IMG/VR virus record: IMGVR_UViG_3300037991_001277
Location: 32,001 to 96,000 of that record
Direction: 5' to 3' (one strand)
Length of the DNA stretch: 64,000 bases
DNA from: a virus
Taxonomy: Duplodnaviria > Caudoviricetes
A model generated the notes under the pieces. The model did no database searches and was not told where the DNA came from. It worked only from the letters and a program-made list of their open reading frames with translations. Each line of letters starts with the position of its first letter. The stretch's first letter is position 1. The position numbers and the translations under genes are program-made. Below, one piece after another: positions 40,174-49,926 of the stretch.

Positions 40174-41269
40174 CTATACTGCCGTCATAGTAGCGGCATC
40201 TCCCGCTGCATAGTCCATCGTATTCAAGTGTAGCGCATGACGCTGCCGAGTAACCATTGTTACCAGCACCACCAAATACAATGTTTTCTACCTGCTCACG
40301 AGTAACACGAGGGGAGAAATCTACCCATCCCTGCTCTTCTATGATAGCACATATACGATTGACATGCTCAGTCTTTGTTTCATCATCTACTGCATCAGGA
40401 GGATAGAACCATCGTAGTCTCGCAGCAAGATATGATGCTAAGTGAAACCTCGCCTTGTGGGTAGGGTTACCCTCACCTAATGCTGATTGAGCAAGGCATG
40501 GTAATACAATAATATCGCCTAGTGTAATGTCAGGTAGACCGTCTACTTTCTCAACAGTTTTCTTGAATGGGCTTTTACGCTGAGCCACTGTTATAGCAAC
40601 ATCGTTTTCACCATGTTCTATATACCCACTAATCGGGTCTTGCGCTTTCTCCATCAAATCATCGTGTGTTAGATTGAGAATGGAATCTGAATCTAGTGGT
40701 ATGCTCCAGCAACCTCTCCTAGAGTTGTAGGAGTTAGGAATACGAATCATGCCTGATGTGTCGAAGGCAACTGTAGGGTCATTACATGACAAGTTGAGTT
40801 TCTTATGCCATGCTGCTATTAGTTTTCTACCACCTTCTTTTACTCTAGCAACACTGTAACCATCTGATGGTGTATGTGTATTCTTTAGAGGAATCCAAAT
40901 ATGAAAACCACCACCACTGAACCAAACAAAGTGACGAGTATTCTCTCTCAGTAGAAAACGATGTAGCCTTTTAACCTGCTCGTGCATGAATGAAAAATCA
41001 ACTTCAGCACCTCTTTGCTTGAAGTCCTTACAATCAAAGTCCATGACAAAATGACGGATGATAGGTGTGTCATAATCTACTCTGTGGTTTCTTGGTGGCT
41101 TAGTGGCTCGGTAACCGTAGGCTGTGAAGTATACATTACCACTACCGTTCTTACCTTTCCAGTATCTTTCTAACTCACTCCAGTTTTTTACGCAATAACG
41201 ACCACCTTGTTTACCATTAGAGGCTATTTCAAGGACTTCACGAGGAAAATCAAGCGTGATGAAACTCAT
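40154..41269 (-). CDS. archaeo-eukaryotic primase: PriS catalytic domain fused to PriL-like Fe-S C-terminus
   Basis: MDFD, FSGGGFH, D..GMIRIPNS; C-terminal LPC...THKARFHLASYL...SCATL...LC..RC. Confidence 0.85.
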   Translation of the reverse strand: MSFITLDFPREVLEIASNGKQGGRYCVKNWSELERYWKGKNGSGNVYFTAYGYRATKPPRNHRVDYDTPIIRHFVMDFDCKDFKQRGAEVDFSFMHEQVKRLHRFLLRENTRHFVWFSGGGFHIWIPLKNTHTPSDGYSVARVKEGGRKLIAAWHKKLNLSCNDPTVAFDTSGMIRIPNSYNSRRGCWSIPLDSDSILNLTHDDLMEKAQDPISGYIEHGENDVAITVAQRKSPFKKTVEKVDGLPDITLGDIIVLPCLAQSALGEGNPTHKARFHLASYLAARLRWFYPPDAVDDETKTEHVNRICAIIEEQGWVDFSPRVTREQVENIVFGGAGNNGYSAASCATLEYDGLCSGRCRYYDGSIGDSDED

Positions 41270-41273
41270 TCTA

Positions 41274-41573
41274 TCACCCCTCTATCAATGCCATTTCGTA
41301 TATCACTTTACTAACGATAGTGTCGTATGTATTCCTAATATGCTCTAGGGTTAATTTAGATGGATGGATGGCGATGAAGAAGCAAATGTGTCTATCCTTT
41401 ACATCAGATTCTTCATTATAATCATCAAGGACTAATTGAGACATTGACTTGACCATGATACGCTTACCAGTGGGGAGAAGTGATGTTTCTACAGAAAACT
41501 CATACTTAGGCCATAACTTCTCTAGTGACATTTGTAGCAACAATGAAATCGTATCTAGCCCTTCTTTATCCAC
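41274..41573 (-). CDS. hypothetical protein
   Basis: ORF with GAGGTGA RBS, within the operon. Confidence 0.55.
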   Translation of the reverse strand: MDKEGLDTISLLLQMSLEKLWPKYEFSVETSLLPTGKRIMVKSMSQLVLDDYNEESDVKDRHICFFIAIHPSKLTLEHIRNTYDTIVSKVIYEMALIEG

Positions 41574-41577
41574 TCTA

Positions 41578-42666
41578 TCACCTCATATCATCAGGGTCGA
41601 TTGCTAAGTCACCCATCCAAGCCGGACACATTTCCATGAAGTCACACCAAGCGCATTTTGCCTCGTGAGCCTCAGCAGGGAAATCATCATTCAAATGTGC
41701 ATCAATTAAGCGCACAAGCCTCTTCTCTACAGTTTTAGGAGCGTACCGACCACCCGGCCCTTTTACGCTCTCGTAATCCCACATAGCACCTTCGCCACCA
41801 TTGATACCTCCGCCCGGAAACTGCCAGCCCCAGCCGACAACAGGTAGGTATTCTATGTGAGGGCTGTGCTCTAGCATCATACGATAGAACTGCATTTCAG
41901 CACGCATAGAAGCACGCTTACGCTCTACCCACTTACCAGTTTTCAACTCCATTAGAATGATACCAGTGTGGTCATCATCAATGAAGATACGGTCAATGAA
42001 CCCCTTCATGTGAATTGGTACTACTCTACCATCAGTGGCTACCACCACTCTTGTTGAATGAATCTCTACTTCATTAGCAATAGGAAACCAATCTTTAGGA
42101 TTGTTCTGCATCTGTAATAGCCTTTCAAATTGCCAGTCTACATACTGATTGAGTTGAGGCTCTTCACCATAGACATAGGGAGTAGGAGGCTTGGGTAGTG
42201 CTTTACGCAACTCCATCTTAGCAGTGTTTACTTTTCCTTCACTTATCAGTTCATTAACAACTGGTAGGCTCGTGTGTGACTCTTTCCAAAACCACTCCAC
42301 TGCATCGTGAACATTTGACCCACGGATGTGATGGTCTTGCTCTTCACCTCTCATTCCTAGTATGTTTTGAAAATAATACTGCTTAGGACAGAAATCGAAA
42401 GTACCCAGCGATGACTTAGTTACACGGAGTATCTTGTCCTCCATGCTAGGTTGCCAGTTGTATGCACTCTTGTCATACGACTCAAGCATTTCAGGATAAG
42501 GGTACTGAGTATCTACTAGGTACTCAGGGAAAGTATTCATTGACTTCTCTACAATGCAGTCATAGTCATTACAGATGGAACAGGCTTTGCCTTCGTCAGC
42601 ATCTTTCACTACCACACTACACGCTTCACACCAGTAAACAGTAGTTTCATTCGGATTGAACCTCAT
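41578..42666 (-). CDS. PD-(D/E)XK Cas4/AddB-like exonuclease with Fe-S cysteines
   Basis: SSLGTFDFCPKQY, GSNVH, GFIDRI, ELKTG, Q..Y, C.WC.F...C. Confidence 0.85.
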   Translation of the reverse strand: MRFNPNETTVYWCEACSVVVKDADEGKACSICNDYDCIVEKSMNTFPEYLVDTQYPYPEMLESYDKSAYNWQPSMEDKILRVTKSSLGTFDFCPKQYYFQNILGMRGEEQDHHIRGSNVHDAVEWFWKESHTSLPVVNELISEGKVNTAKMELRKALPKPPTPYVYGEEPQLNQYVDWQFERLLQMQNNPKDWFPIANEVEIHSTRVVVATDGRVVPIHMKGFIDRIFIDDDHTGIILMELKTGKWVERKRASMRAEMQFYRMMLEHSPHIEYLPVVGWGWQFPGGGINGGEGAMWDYESVKGPGGRYAPKTVEKRLVRLIDAHLNDDFPAEAHEAKCAWCDFMEMCPAWMGDLAIDPDDMR

Positions 42667-43120
42667 CCCCACCACCGAACTTGTTGTACTTTCTTACTGC
42701 TCTTTCTAACTTTTCAGGTGGGATAAATGGCTCATACCTGCCCTCTCTTTCCTTTACCAAATCTTGAGGGTGATAAGGGTCGAAGTCCTTGTTTCTGTAG
42801 TAGTCTAACTCCCCTTCTGCTCCTTCTGAAAGTGGCTGTGGGTCAGGTCTTTCATCCTCCATTGTCAATCGCAATAGAATGAAGTAACCAATCAAGTCCT
42901 CAATCACATCAATGTCAGACTCAATGGTATCACTCCCTCGCATGAGTCTACTGAGTTTATCATCAATCCTCACTCTTAAACCAGCATCAGGGGGTAAGTC
43001 GCTAAAGAATCGGATAGGGTCAAATGCGCTATCGCCATACTGTTCATTCTTCTCAGCAAGTAGATTTACTACTGTCGCTGCTATCTTAGCACACTTCATC
43101 TTAAACGAATCTTCTGTCAC
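42647..43120 (-). CDS. DUF1599 / nucleotide-modification-associated all-alpha (MazG-like) protein
   Basis: KNEQYGDS...RIDDKLSRL...DVIEDLIGY pattern. Confidence 0.7.
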   Translation of the reverse strand: MTEDSFKMKCAKIAATVVNLLAEKNEQYGDSAFDPIRFFSDLPPDAGLRVRIDDKLSRLMRGSDTIESDIDVIEDLIGYFILLRLTMEDERPDPQPLSEGAEGELDYYRNKDFDPYHPQDLVKEREGRYEPFIPPEKLERAVRKYNKFGGGDEVQSE

Positions 43121-43254
43121 TCTTCTTCACCAACTTGGTCTTTAGTGTTCCTTTTTATATCAGCCTCAAAAGTCATTCCAAACTCAGTGAGTTTTGTCTG
43201 TCCTTCAAATGTCATTCCATACTCCGTCAATTTTGTTTGTCTTGTTTTTGTCAT
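43117..43254 (-). CDS. 45-aa tandem PIP-box microprotein (not in ORF track)
   Basis: MTKTRQTKLTEYGMTFEGQTKLTEFGMTFEADIKRNTKDQVGEEE; RBS GAGGTGAT; GTGA overlap with the next gene. Confidence 0.7.
   Translation of the reverse strand: MTKTRQTKLTEYGMTFEGQTKLTEFGMTFEADIKRNTKDQVGEEE
43146..43164 (-). promoter_or_regulatory. variant promoter motif GCTGATATAAAAAGGAACA
   Basis: 2 mismatches to the consensus; flank CTAAAGACC shared with the 55576 copy. Confidence 0.55.
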
Positions 43255-43263
43255 TTTATCACC

Positions 43264-45678
43264 TCAAAAATATGACTTAGGCATAGTCGCTCCAGCGGCA
43301 GCATCTAGTTCCCAGTCAAGGCTCTCGTATATTCGCATGAGTTTAGACTTAACCATTACACTGAGCACTTTATCCCAGTCTATGGTGTAGTTCTTCAACT
43401 CAGACTTATCACGGAAAGCAACGAAGTCTACCTTCTTCTTCTCCCCGTTGAGAGTATAATAGTCAGGTACATCATTGTTGAAGCCCTTGACATAAATCCA
43501 TGATACACTGTCACCCTTAGCCCATCTTTCATCAGCATTAGTAGCCACATGCTCATTGTAATACATAGCAGCCTTTGCTGGTGCTGGTAGGCTCTTGTAA
43601 TCTTTGAAATCCATAGTCAATCGAGAAGAGCAAGCCACATCTTCAATTGGTATTTCACCGTTCCTAACTTGGAGACTTATTTCTCTCAGTGCATCAGTCA
43701 CAGCCTCTTCGTCTTTACCAGTGCCTATCATTTGCATAGCCACTTCTTGAATGCGTTTGGTAATCCGTGATGAACTAGAGGCTTTGATTTCATAACCACT
43801 AATCTTCATTTCACCCTTGCTCTTTTCAGGCCACACCTTGATACCGAAGTAACGGTTTTTCACTGGAGCAGTAATCCAGTAGTCAAAGTATGCTTCAAGT
43901 TCAACCTCCATTGTTGGTAAGTTCAACTTATCCTTCGCAGTTTGAGTAAGATGCTTAGCGAGTGGCTCAGCATCATCGAATGGAACTTGAATAAACGCTG
44001 AATCAGTATGACCATACAGCGACTTGTAGCCCTGCTCTTCACTCTCCTTTAGCAAATGTTGGATAGCCTCACGCCCTCTGTATGTGATAGCGGCTGCTAT
44101 ATCATTATCAATCCACATACCTTGAACAGACTTCATTCCCGTCATACCGTATAGGGCATTGACAAGGACTTTTGCTGCGGTCTGCATCATGTCGTACCCC
44201 AACTTCTCATCAGGGTCTGTAGCGTCACGCATGAGCCTTTTGTATTCAGCACGAAGAGCGAGCATTTCTTCAACAATAGAAGGTAGTAGACCCTTCTCTT
44301 TCTGACACCAGTGTGAACCATTATCCAATGTCTTGGTAGTGGTAGTCGGATGGTCACGCTTAGTAGTGTAACATAAATTGTCACTGAGAATGATGTTTGG
44401 ATATAGTGAGGCATAGTCTACAATGGCTACACCCTCATGTCTACCGGGAATAGGGTCAGGTATGTGTGCAGCAGTGAGTTGCTCACGCCTGTTATTGATA
44501 GCACTCTTGGCTTTCATCTTAGTCCTTCTACCAACAAGACCTCTAAAGTATCGAGTGACCTTGTGTGTACTGGCAAATGATACACCACATAACTGTTGTA
44601 CTGCTACGAAGAAATCAATGGCATTGAGTTTCTTGTCAATGTCACGCAGTAGCGTAGTGTCAAGGAGACAGTAATCTACGAAGTCACTCCAGTATTCGTA
44701 CCAACCATTGTGAACAGTCATACCCTCAATCTCCTCAGTTAGTTTGCTACCAAGTTCAAGTCGCTCTGCTATGGTATTCAACTTACGATTAGGTAATTGT
44801 CCTCTACCTGACTTCTGCCATAAGGATTCAAAGCCACTACCTGATTTCCAAGGTGCTGCTGAGTCAAAACATATTCTACCCTTGATAGGCTGTTGAGTAT
44901 CTTTGTAACCGTCTCTACCCTTGAATGGTCTAATCACTTGACCAAGTGGTGAAAGTTGGTCAGGGTCTTTGAGTCTACGCATAAGGTGTGGTAAGTCAGC
45001 CCACATGATAGCATGGGCTACGAGAATATCGGGGTCACGCTTGTGTAAGAACTTGATGAAACTCTCGTGCATTTCTGCTTCAGAAGAGTGATTGAAGAGA
45101 GTGTATTTTTGACCTCGGACTTCTTTATCTATTGGCCCACTTGGGGTCGAGCGTGTAGGGTGAGGGCAGTTAGTTTTCTCCCAGTCAGCCCAAGCAAATA
45201 CAACAGGCTTCTCAAGGTCGCTGTCTACTACAGCCATAACTGATGTGAAGTCCTCCTTTATATCCCACTCCAAATCAAAGTACCATACACGAGGCTTAAA
45301 CTCAGGTAGTTTGTCAGGATATAATTGTAGTAACACTTGGTCAAGATAATTCAAGTCTGCTTCATAAGTAGGCATTTCATCTTTAATATCCCAAAGGTCT
45401 GTAGGTTTGTCTACCTCGACTTTCATCAGTGGCTTCTTGTCAATACCTTTGGCACGAATGTCTCGATGAATCTTAGCACTGGGGTATCTACCCATCATAC
45501 GATTGAGTTTCCACTCAGGAGTATCTACTGGAATCCAACAATGCGGCTTTACATACCTATCATCTTCAGGCCATATGTGCTCTTCTTGCAGCGTACCATG
45601 CTTGTCACGAGTACGCAAGTACAGATTAGGTTGTCCGAAGTTGTCGGACTCAGCAGGGTAATACCAGTCAATAATCAT
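43264..45678 (-). CDS. polB: family B DNA polymerase
   Basis: Exonuclease DLE; polymerase motifs DYASLYPNI, K..VNALYG, YGHTDS, KNRY. Confidence 0.95.
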   Translation of the reverse strand: MIIDWYYPAESDNFGQPNLYLRTRDKHGTLQEEHIWPEDDRYVKPHCWIPVDTPEWKLNRMMGRYPSAKIHRDIRAKGIDKKPLMKVEVDKPTDLWDIKDEMPTYEADLNYLDQVLLQLYPDKLPEFKPRVWYFDLEWDIKEDFTSVMAVVDSDLEKPVVFAWADWEKTNCPHPTRSTPSGPIDKEVRGQKYTLFNHSSEAEMHESFIKFLHKRDPDILVAHAIMWADLPHLMRRLKDPDQLSPLGQVIRPFKGRDGYKDTQQPIKGRICFDSAAPWKSGSGFESLWQKSGRGQLPNRKLNTIAERLELGSKLTEEIEGMTVHNGWYEYWSDFVDYCLLDTTLLRDIDKKLNAIDFFVAVQQLCGVSFASTHKVTRYFRGLVGRRTKMKAKSAINNRREQLTAAHIPDPIPGRHEGVAIVDYASLYPNIILSDNLCYTTKRDHPTTTTKTLDNGSHWCQKEKGLLPSIVEEMLALRAEYKRLMRDATDPDEKLGYDMMQTAAKVLVNALYGMTGMKSVQGMWIDNDIAAAITYRGREAIQHLLKESEEQGYKSLYGHTDSAFIQVPFDDAEPLAKHLTQTAKDKLNLPTMEVELEAYFDYWITAPVKNRYFGIKVWPEKSKGEMKISGYEIKASSSSRITKRIQEVAMQMIGTGKDEEAVTDALREISLQVRNGEIPIEDVACSSRLTMDFKDYKSLPAPAKAAMYYNEHVATNADERWAKGDSVSWIYVKGFNNDVPDYYTLNGEKKKVDFVAFRDKSELKNYTIDWDKVLSVMVKSKLMRIYESLDWELDAAAGATMPKSYF

Positions 45679-45682
45679 TCAA

Positions 45683-46438
45683 TCACGCCCTTTGGTCTAC
45701 AATCACCAGTAAATCATCATCTTTCTCAAGTGCGATGATAGTCGCTTCACCCATGTGTATAGTAGCCTCTCCTTTACCAAGCAGTGCTATGTTATCCATG
45801 AGCCATGAACCAAATGTAGAACTTACGCTGCCCGTAACTGGGCCAGTAGAATCACGCAACTCAAGCGTAGTAAACAACTTCGTCTCATGTCTTTTACCTG
45901 ATGATATGAGGAACTCGTTTTCACTTGGGTTTGCTGTAATCTTGAAGATAGGTGTGCTGTTAAGAATACCTCTCATCTTTGACACAGTAGACAACTCATC
46001 CAATGTGATGACTCCTGATGTATTCAGGTCACATGAATGAAACTTAGTCCACTTAGATTCGACTGCTTCATCAATCAACTTCTGAAACAGCACAGCCTTA
46101 GCAGCACTGACAATCGTAGAAGATGTAGGCATAGAAATCTTAGACGAACCACAAGTAATGTTCAGCGTCTTTGCTGAACCTGTTTGCCTGATGGTTACCA
46201 AGTCACTCTTTGCAGCCTTGATGAACTGTCGAACCTTGACAAGTTCGGTAATGTCTAGCGTACCTGCCTCCAGTATAGAACCCTCTACCTTTCTAGTCTT
46301 AGACAAGTAGTGAGAAATGAATGCTACCGAGGCTGTCATCTTACCATCAGCGAACTTGATACGCAAGTCCTCAGTGTTCTTACCAAAGTCGGATAGGAAA
46401 TCCAACAACTGTTTTCTGTCAATCTGTATCTTAGTCAT
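45683..46438 (-). CDS. putative PCNA-like sliding clamp
   Basis: 251 aa two-domain alpha/beta pattern, adjacent to polB and near RFC; sequence is divergent. Confidence 0.6.
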   Translation of the reverse strand: MTKIQIDRKQLLDFLSDFGKNTEDLRIKFADGKMTASVAFISHYLSKTRKVEGSILEAGTLDITELVKVRQFIKAAKSDLVTIRQTGSAKTLNITCGSSKISMPTSSTIVSAAKAVLFQKLIDEAVESKWTKFHSCDLNTSGVITLDELSTVSKMRGILNSTPIFKITANPSENEFLISSGKRHETKLFTTLELRDSTGPVTGSVSSTFGSWLMDNIALLGKGEATIHMGEATIIALEKDDDLLVIVDQRA

Positions 46439-46453
46439 GTTATCACCTTTAGG

Positions 46454-46600
46454 TGGGGGAACGGTGTGAGGTGAAAGGATAAGACCCCACTGGCATTAGT
46501 AACTGTCTACAACTATTGTACTCGTGACAAGTATTTAATCGGGAAAAGACCTGTTACTGCGTCAAACACCTTTACCGTTTTTAATCTGCCAAAACCCCCA
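46454..46600 (-). ncRNA. candidate structured RNA element (long interrupted hairpin)
   Basis: Nested complementary segments TGGGGG/CCCCCA, AACGGT/ACCGTT, AGGTG/CACCT, AGTAAC/GTTACT, GTCT/AGAC, CGATTA/TAGTTG, TACTTG/CGAGTA. Confidence 0.5.
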
Positions 46601-46608
46601 TGAGAATA

Positions 46609-47610
46609 TCAAAGTGTGCCGTCATAGAGTTCAGGTAGTCCGAACCACTGTGGTTCTTTACCTGCCTCAGTAACGAGTGTAGTCCTCTTCTGTCCTTGTA
46701 ATCGTGCATTGGTTTTGCTCTTGTCAAATCGAATAGTGTATTCGGACTTGACTATATCACCAGTGTCCTCGTCAAGAGTATCTTCACGCTCACAAATTAG
46801 TATCTGATAGACAAAGTTGTTACTTGCCTTCTCCCAGTCAGGTCGCCATGTAGAAGCAGTGTCCTCATTCTTACCCCAAGAGTAGTTAGTCAATCGTAGG
46901 TGAGTCTCCCAAAAGACACGCACTCCTGACTTTACCAAGCCACGGCATAGTCCAGTGAGTTGATGGAATCTAGTCTTACGAATAGCCCAATCCCACTGGT
47001 GGCCGACCTTCTTGTTCCAGTCAGCAGCCTCGATACCATTTTTAGCGATGTTCAAATCTACGATACGCATACAGTTCACACATACACTATCCCAAAGGTC
47101 TACCCCAGTAACATGGAATCCCCATAAACGAGGGCCAGTGTACTCAGGGTCACGCTGCTTCTGAGCAATATCATTAGCGAACTGAGTGATACCCATGACA
47201 CGAAGATGTGTGTCAGGATAGTTGTAAGCAGTGCTGTCATTCTTCATCATAACCCACGGCTCAAAAATCTTGATGTTGTCATTGTTACGATGGAATGCTG
47301 ACTTGTTAGCAGCACCTCCGCCTTCAAAGTCCATAATCCACAGTTGCATTTCTTTCTCCTGTTCTGTTCTCTCAGGCGCAGCCAACCACTTAGTAAAGGC
47401 ATCAGTTACGATAGCCGTCTTTCCAGTGTTGTCATGCCCTGCGATACCCATGAAGATATGAGTCTGTGGTGTATTATCCATCATCTGTAGTTCCTTGCGT
47501 AGAGAAGCAAAGGGGTCAGCGTCAGTACGCTTGACTGCTGGAGTTTCCTCCAGTACCTTCTCTTCTTCTTCTGCCTTGTTTGCTTCTTTCGTCTTACCAA
47601 ATCCCGCCAT
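46609..47610 (-). CDS. RecA-superfamily P-loop ATPase (Sak4/RadB/AAA_24-like)
   Basis: GHDNTGKT Walker A, MDFEGG; next to the putative SSB. Confidence 0.7.
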   Translation of the reverse strand: MAGFGKTKEANKAEEEEKVLEETPAVKRTDADPFASLRKELQMMDNTPQTHIFMGIAGHDNTGKTAIVTDAFTKWLAAPERTEQEKEMQLWIMDFEGGGAANKSAFHRNNDNIKIFEPWVMMKNDSTAYNYPDTHLRVMGITQFANDIAQKQRDPEYTGPRLWGFHVTGVDLWDSVCVNCMRIVDLNIAKNGIEAADWNKKVGHQWDWAIRKTRFHQLTGLCRGLVKSGVRVFWETHLRLTNYSWGKNEDTASTWRPDWEKASNNFVYQILICEREDTLDEDTGDIVKSEYTIRFDKSKTNARLQGQKRTTLVTEAGKEPQWFGLPELYDGTL

Positions 47611-47621
47611 TATTTGTCACC

Positions 47622-48953
47622 TCAATTGAATTGTCCTTCGCCAGTGTCTCCACCAGTCTGCCTTCTTCTGATGCGTCTTGCATCAGCAAAGACTCCCATG
47701 ACCTTGATACTTGGAATGTCAGCACCGTCTTTACGCTTTACAGCGACACGGCCACACACCAATACTGTGGAACGCTCTGCATAAGGAATAGTCTCATCAT
47801 CTGTTCTAGCCACGAATGGCGCAGTCAAATCATTAGCAGCACTACCAATCCAGCACATTACATCTGCTGCATCCTTGCTACCATGTAAACTCTGTAAAGC
47901 AGTAGATGTAAGAGTGAGTGAGTAACCTCGCCCATCTTCGTCATACTGGTTGTCACGAGGCTCAGTAGACATACGATTGACTGTACCTTTAGTCAGTACA
48001 ACTGGGCCACTGCGCCCCTGTTCACCGTTGATAGTGAAGGTACGACTGCCAGCCTCAAACGCTTCTACCAAATCTTCTAGTGCTGTGAAGTGAGGGTGTA
48101 GTTCACTATCAGTCCAAAACTTGAACGGCTTGAGTAGTCCACGCATATTCTCATTAACGAACTCATCAGTGTACTCAATCATCTTCGCTGTACCCATACT
48201 GGTAGACAGCACATCTTTGAATCCTTCAGCAGCCTTCTCACTTGGAGGGCGTGCCATGATACGACAAGGCTCTCCAATCAGGACTTCTGCATCAGCATCT
48301 TCGCCTTGCATGTCAAGTCTCCATAGTTGAATAGCACCATCATTAGTGAACTCATCTTCGGGAGCACCCAAGAAGTAGTAGTTACGACCATTCATTGTCA
48401 TAGCCTTTGGTCGGCCACTCTTAGCAAGCAAACAAATGCGCTCACCATCTGCAACGAATGAATGCTCAGGAACTTCATCTACTGGAGTCTCTGTAACAAC
48501 TGTGTCGTTGTTGCTCTCTAAGCACCATACTCCGTCTTTCTTGACATAGTGACCAACCATACCGCTAGTCACAGCAGCAAGTGGGTCGAGAGTAAAGTCA
48601 CGCTTAGCACGATTAACAAGGTTGCTTCTACGGTCACGCCTCTTATCATCGACACCGACAAAGCATCCTACGAATGGTACAGAGCCAGCCATTACTGTGC
48701 CGCCTCTACCTACATTCCTTGTCTCAATGAACATCTGTTCAGCCCAGTCAATGAGTAAGTCCTCATCTTCTTGGCTTGGGTCACTACAACCATGTTCTCT
48801 CTCAATCTGTTCACGGAACTTGGCTACCACATCTTTGAGTTCTTGCTTAGTGCGGGTAGCATATTGCTCCAGCCTCTCCAAGACACCATCGGGTAACACA
48901 GTACCTGCTTCTTTGTTTACTTCTTCATTAACATCTTCGTATTCTTCTGTCAA
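47622..48953 (-). CDS. putative RPA-like ssDNA-binding protein
   Basis: Acidic and beta-rich, between RFC and the recombinase; TTG start after GGAGGTGA. Function inferred from context. Confidence 0.45.
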   Translation of the reverse strand: MTEEYEDVNEEVNKEAGTVLPDGVLERLEQYATRTKQELKDVVAKFREQIEREHGCSDPSQEDEDLLIDWAEQMFIETRNVGRGGTVMAGSVPFVGCFVGVDDKRRDRRSNLVNRAKRDFTLDPLAAVTSGMVGHYVKKDGVWCLESNNDTVVTETPVDEVPEHSFVADGERICLLAKSGRPKAMTMNGRNYYFLGAPEDEFTNDGAIQLWRLDMQGEDADAEVLIGEPCRIMARPPSEKAAEGFKDVLSTSMGTAKMIEYTDEFVNENMRGLLKPFKFWTDSELHPHFTALEDLVEAFEAGSRTFTINGEQGRSGPVVLTKGTVNRMSTEPRDNQYDEDGRGYSLTLTSTALQSLHGSKDAADVMCWIGSAANDLTAPFVARTDDETIPYAERSTVLVCGRVAVKRKDGADIPSIKVMGVFADARRIRRRQTGGDTGEGQFN

Positions 48954-49885
48954 ACCTTCACCTCCTTTCGTAGTCTTGCCACTAGGCAATCAACAAAGGA
49001 ATAAGAGCCGATAGGCCACTCATACATGTGGGGTATCATTTCACCCAACACACACATGACTGTCCATGTATTATCTTCATCCATCTCAAAGAACTCGGTC
49101 AGGTTCTCATGGAATGTTCGCATGACAAAGGTAAGTGAAAGTCCTCGGTCAAGCATGGAATAGAATTGCTTTCTCATATCACCGTACTCACCGCTGATAG
49201 CAGCAAGTGCGGCCTGTGATGGGTTACCCCCATCGGATAGTGAATCGGTTAAGGAGTCCATAGAAGTGTGCATTTCAGCGATAGCAATAGCACTACGCAT
49301 ATCCCCACCAGTATGCTTCATAAGCCTCATGTAAGCCTCTATGCATCTAGTTGTTTGTTGATAGTGTGTCTGTGGGTAAAAGATATTCTTTAGTCTCTCA
49401 GCCCCATCTTCAGGACTGATAGGCTTGAACTCATACACAAGACACCTGCTTTGAATAGCAGGTTTGATTTTGCTAATCTCATTACATGTGAAGATGTAGA
49501 TAACATTGTCAGCATACTCCTCCATGATACCTCTCAGTGCATCTTGAGCAGCAGGGGTAAGCCCGTCAGCCTCGTCTACGATAATGCCTCTCTTGTCAGT
49601 GCCTACAGCCTTGACTGCGCTCATCTGTTTGAGTTGATTGCGAATGTAGTCAAGCCCTCTGTCGTCTGAGGCATTGACGATAATGTAATTCATCGGGTCA
49701 AAGTAGTCACCCATCTTCTCACGGAGTATGACCTTAGCAGCACTAGACTTACCAGTGCCTTGCATACCGTGGAGGAGAACAGCACGAGGCCACTGACCAC
49801 CATCACGCCAGCCCACAGCGTCAGATACGAATGCAGTTTGACCTGCTATATCCTCTAATACCAGTGGCTCGGTACTGTTCTCCAT
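48950..49885 (-). CDS. rfcS: clamp loader, RFC small subunit-like AAA+
   Basis: GMQGTGKS, NASDDRG, DEADGLT..AQDALR, IQSRC. Confidence 0.9.
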   Translation of the reverse strand: MENSTEPLVLEDIAGQTAFVSDAVGWRDGGQWPRAVLLHGMQGTGKSSAAKVILREKMGDYFDPMNYIIVNASDDRGLDYIRNQLKQMSAVKAVGTDKRGIIVDEADGLTPAAQDALRGIMEEYADNVIYIFTCNEISKIKPAIQSRCLVYEFKPISPEDGAERLKNIFYPQTHYQQTTRCIEAYMRLMKHTGGDMRSAIAIAEMHTSMDSLTDSLSDGGNPSQAALAAISGEYGDMRKQFYSMLDRGLSLTFVMRTFHENLTEFFEMDEDNTWTVMCVLGEMIPHMYEWPIGSYSFVDCLVARLRKEVKV

Positions 49886-49900
49886 GAGTTTCACCTTTAT

Positions 49901-49919
49901 TGTTCCTTTATATATCAAC
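49901..49919 (-). promoter_or_regulatory. conserved viral promoter motif
   Basis: GTTGATATATAAAGGAACA ~15 nt upstream of ATG 49885. Confidence 0.8.
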
Positions 49920-49926
49920 TTGAGTT

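Noticed and set aside
41578-42666. Cas4-like nuclease suggesting a CRISPR locus
   Set aside because: No repeat-spacer array or other cas genes seen; solo Cas4-like nucleases are common in viral replication modules.
43264-45678. Intein in polB (also checked the helicase and RFC)
   Set aside because: Lengths are normal and no C...HN/[CST] splice junctions were seen.
46454-46600. tRNA or tmRNA (GGGGG...CCCCCACC ends)
   Set aside because: No D/T-loop consensus or cloverleaf; retained only as a generic structured element.
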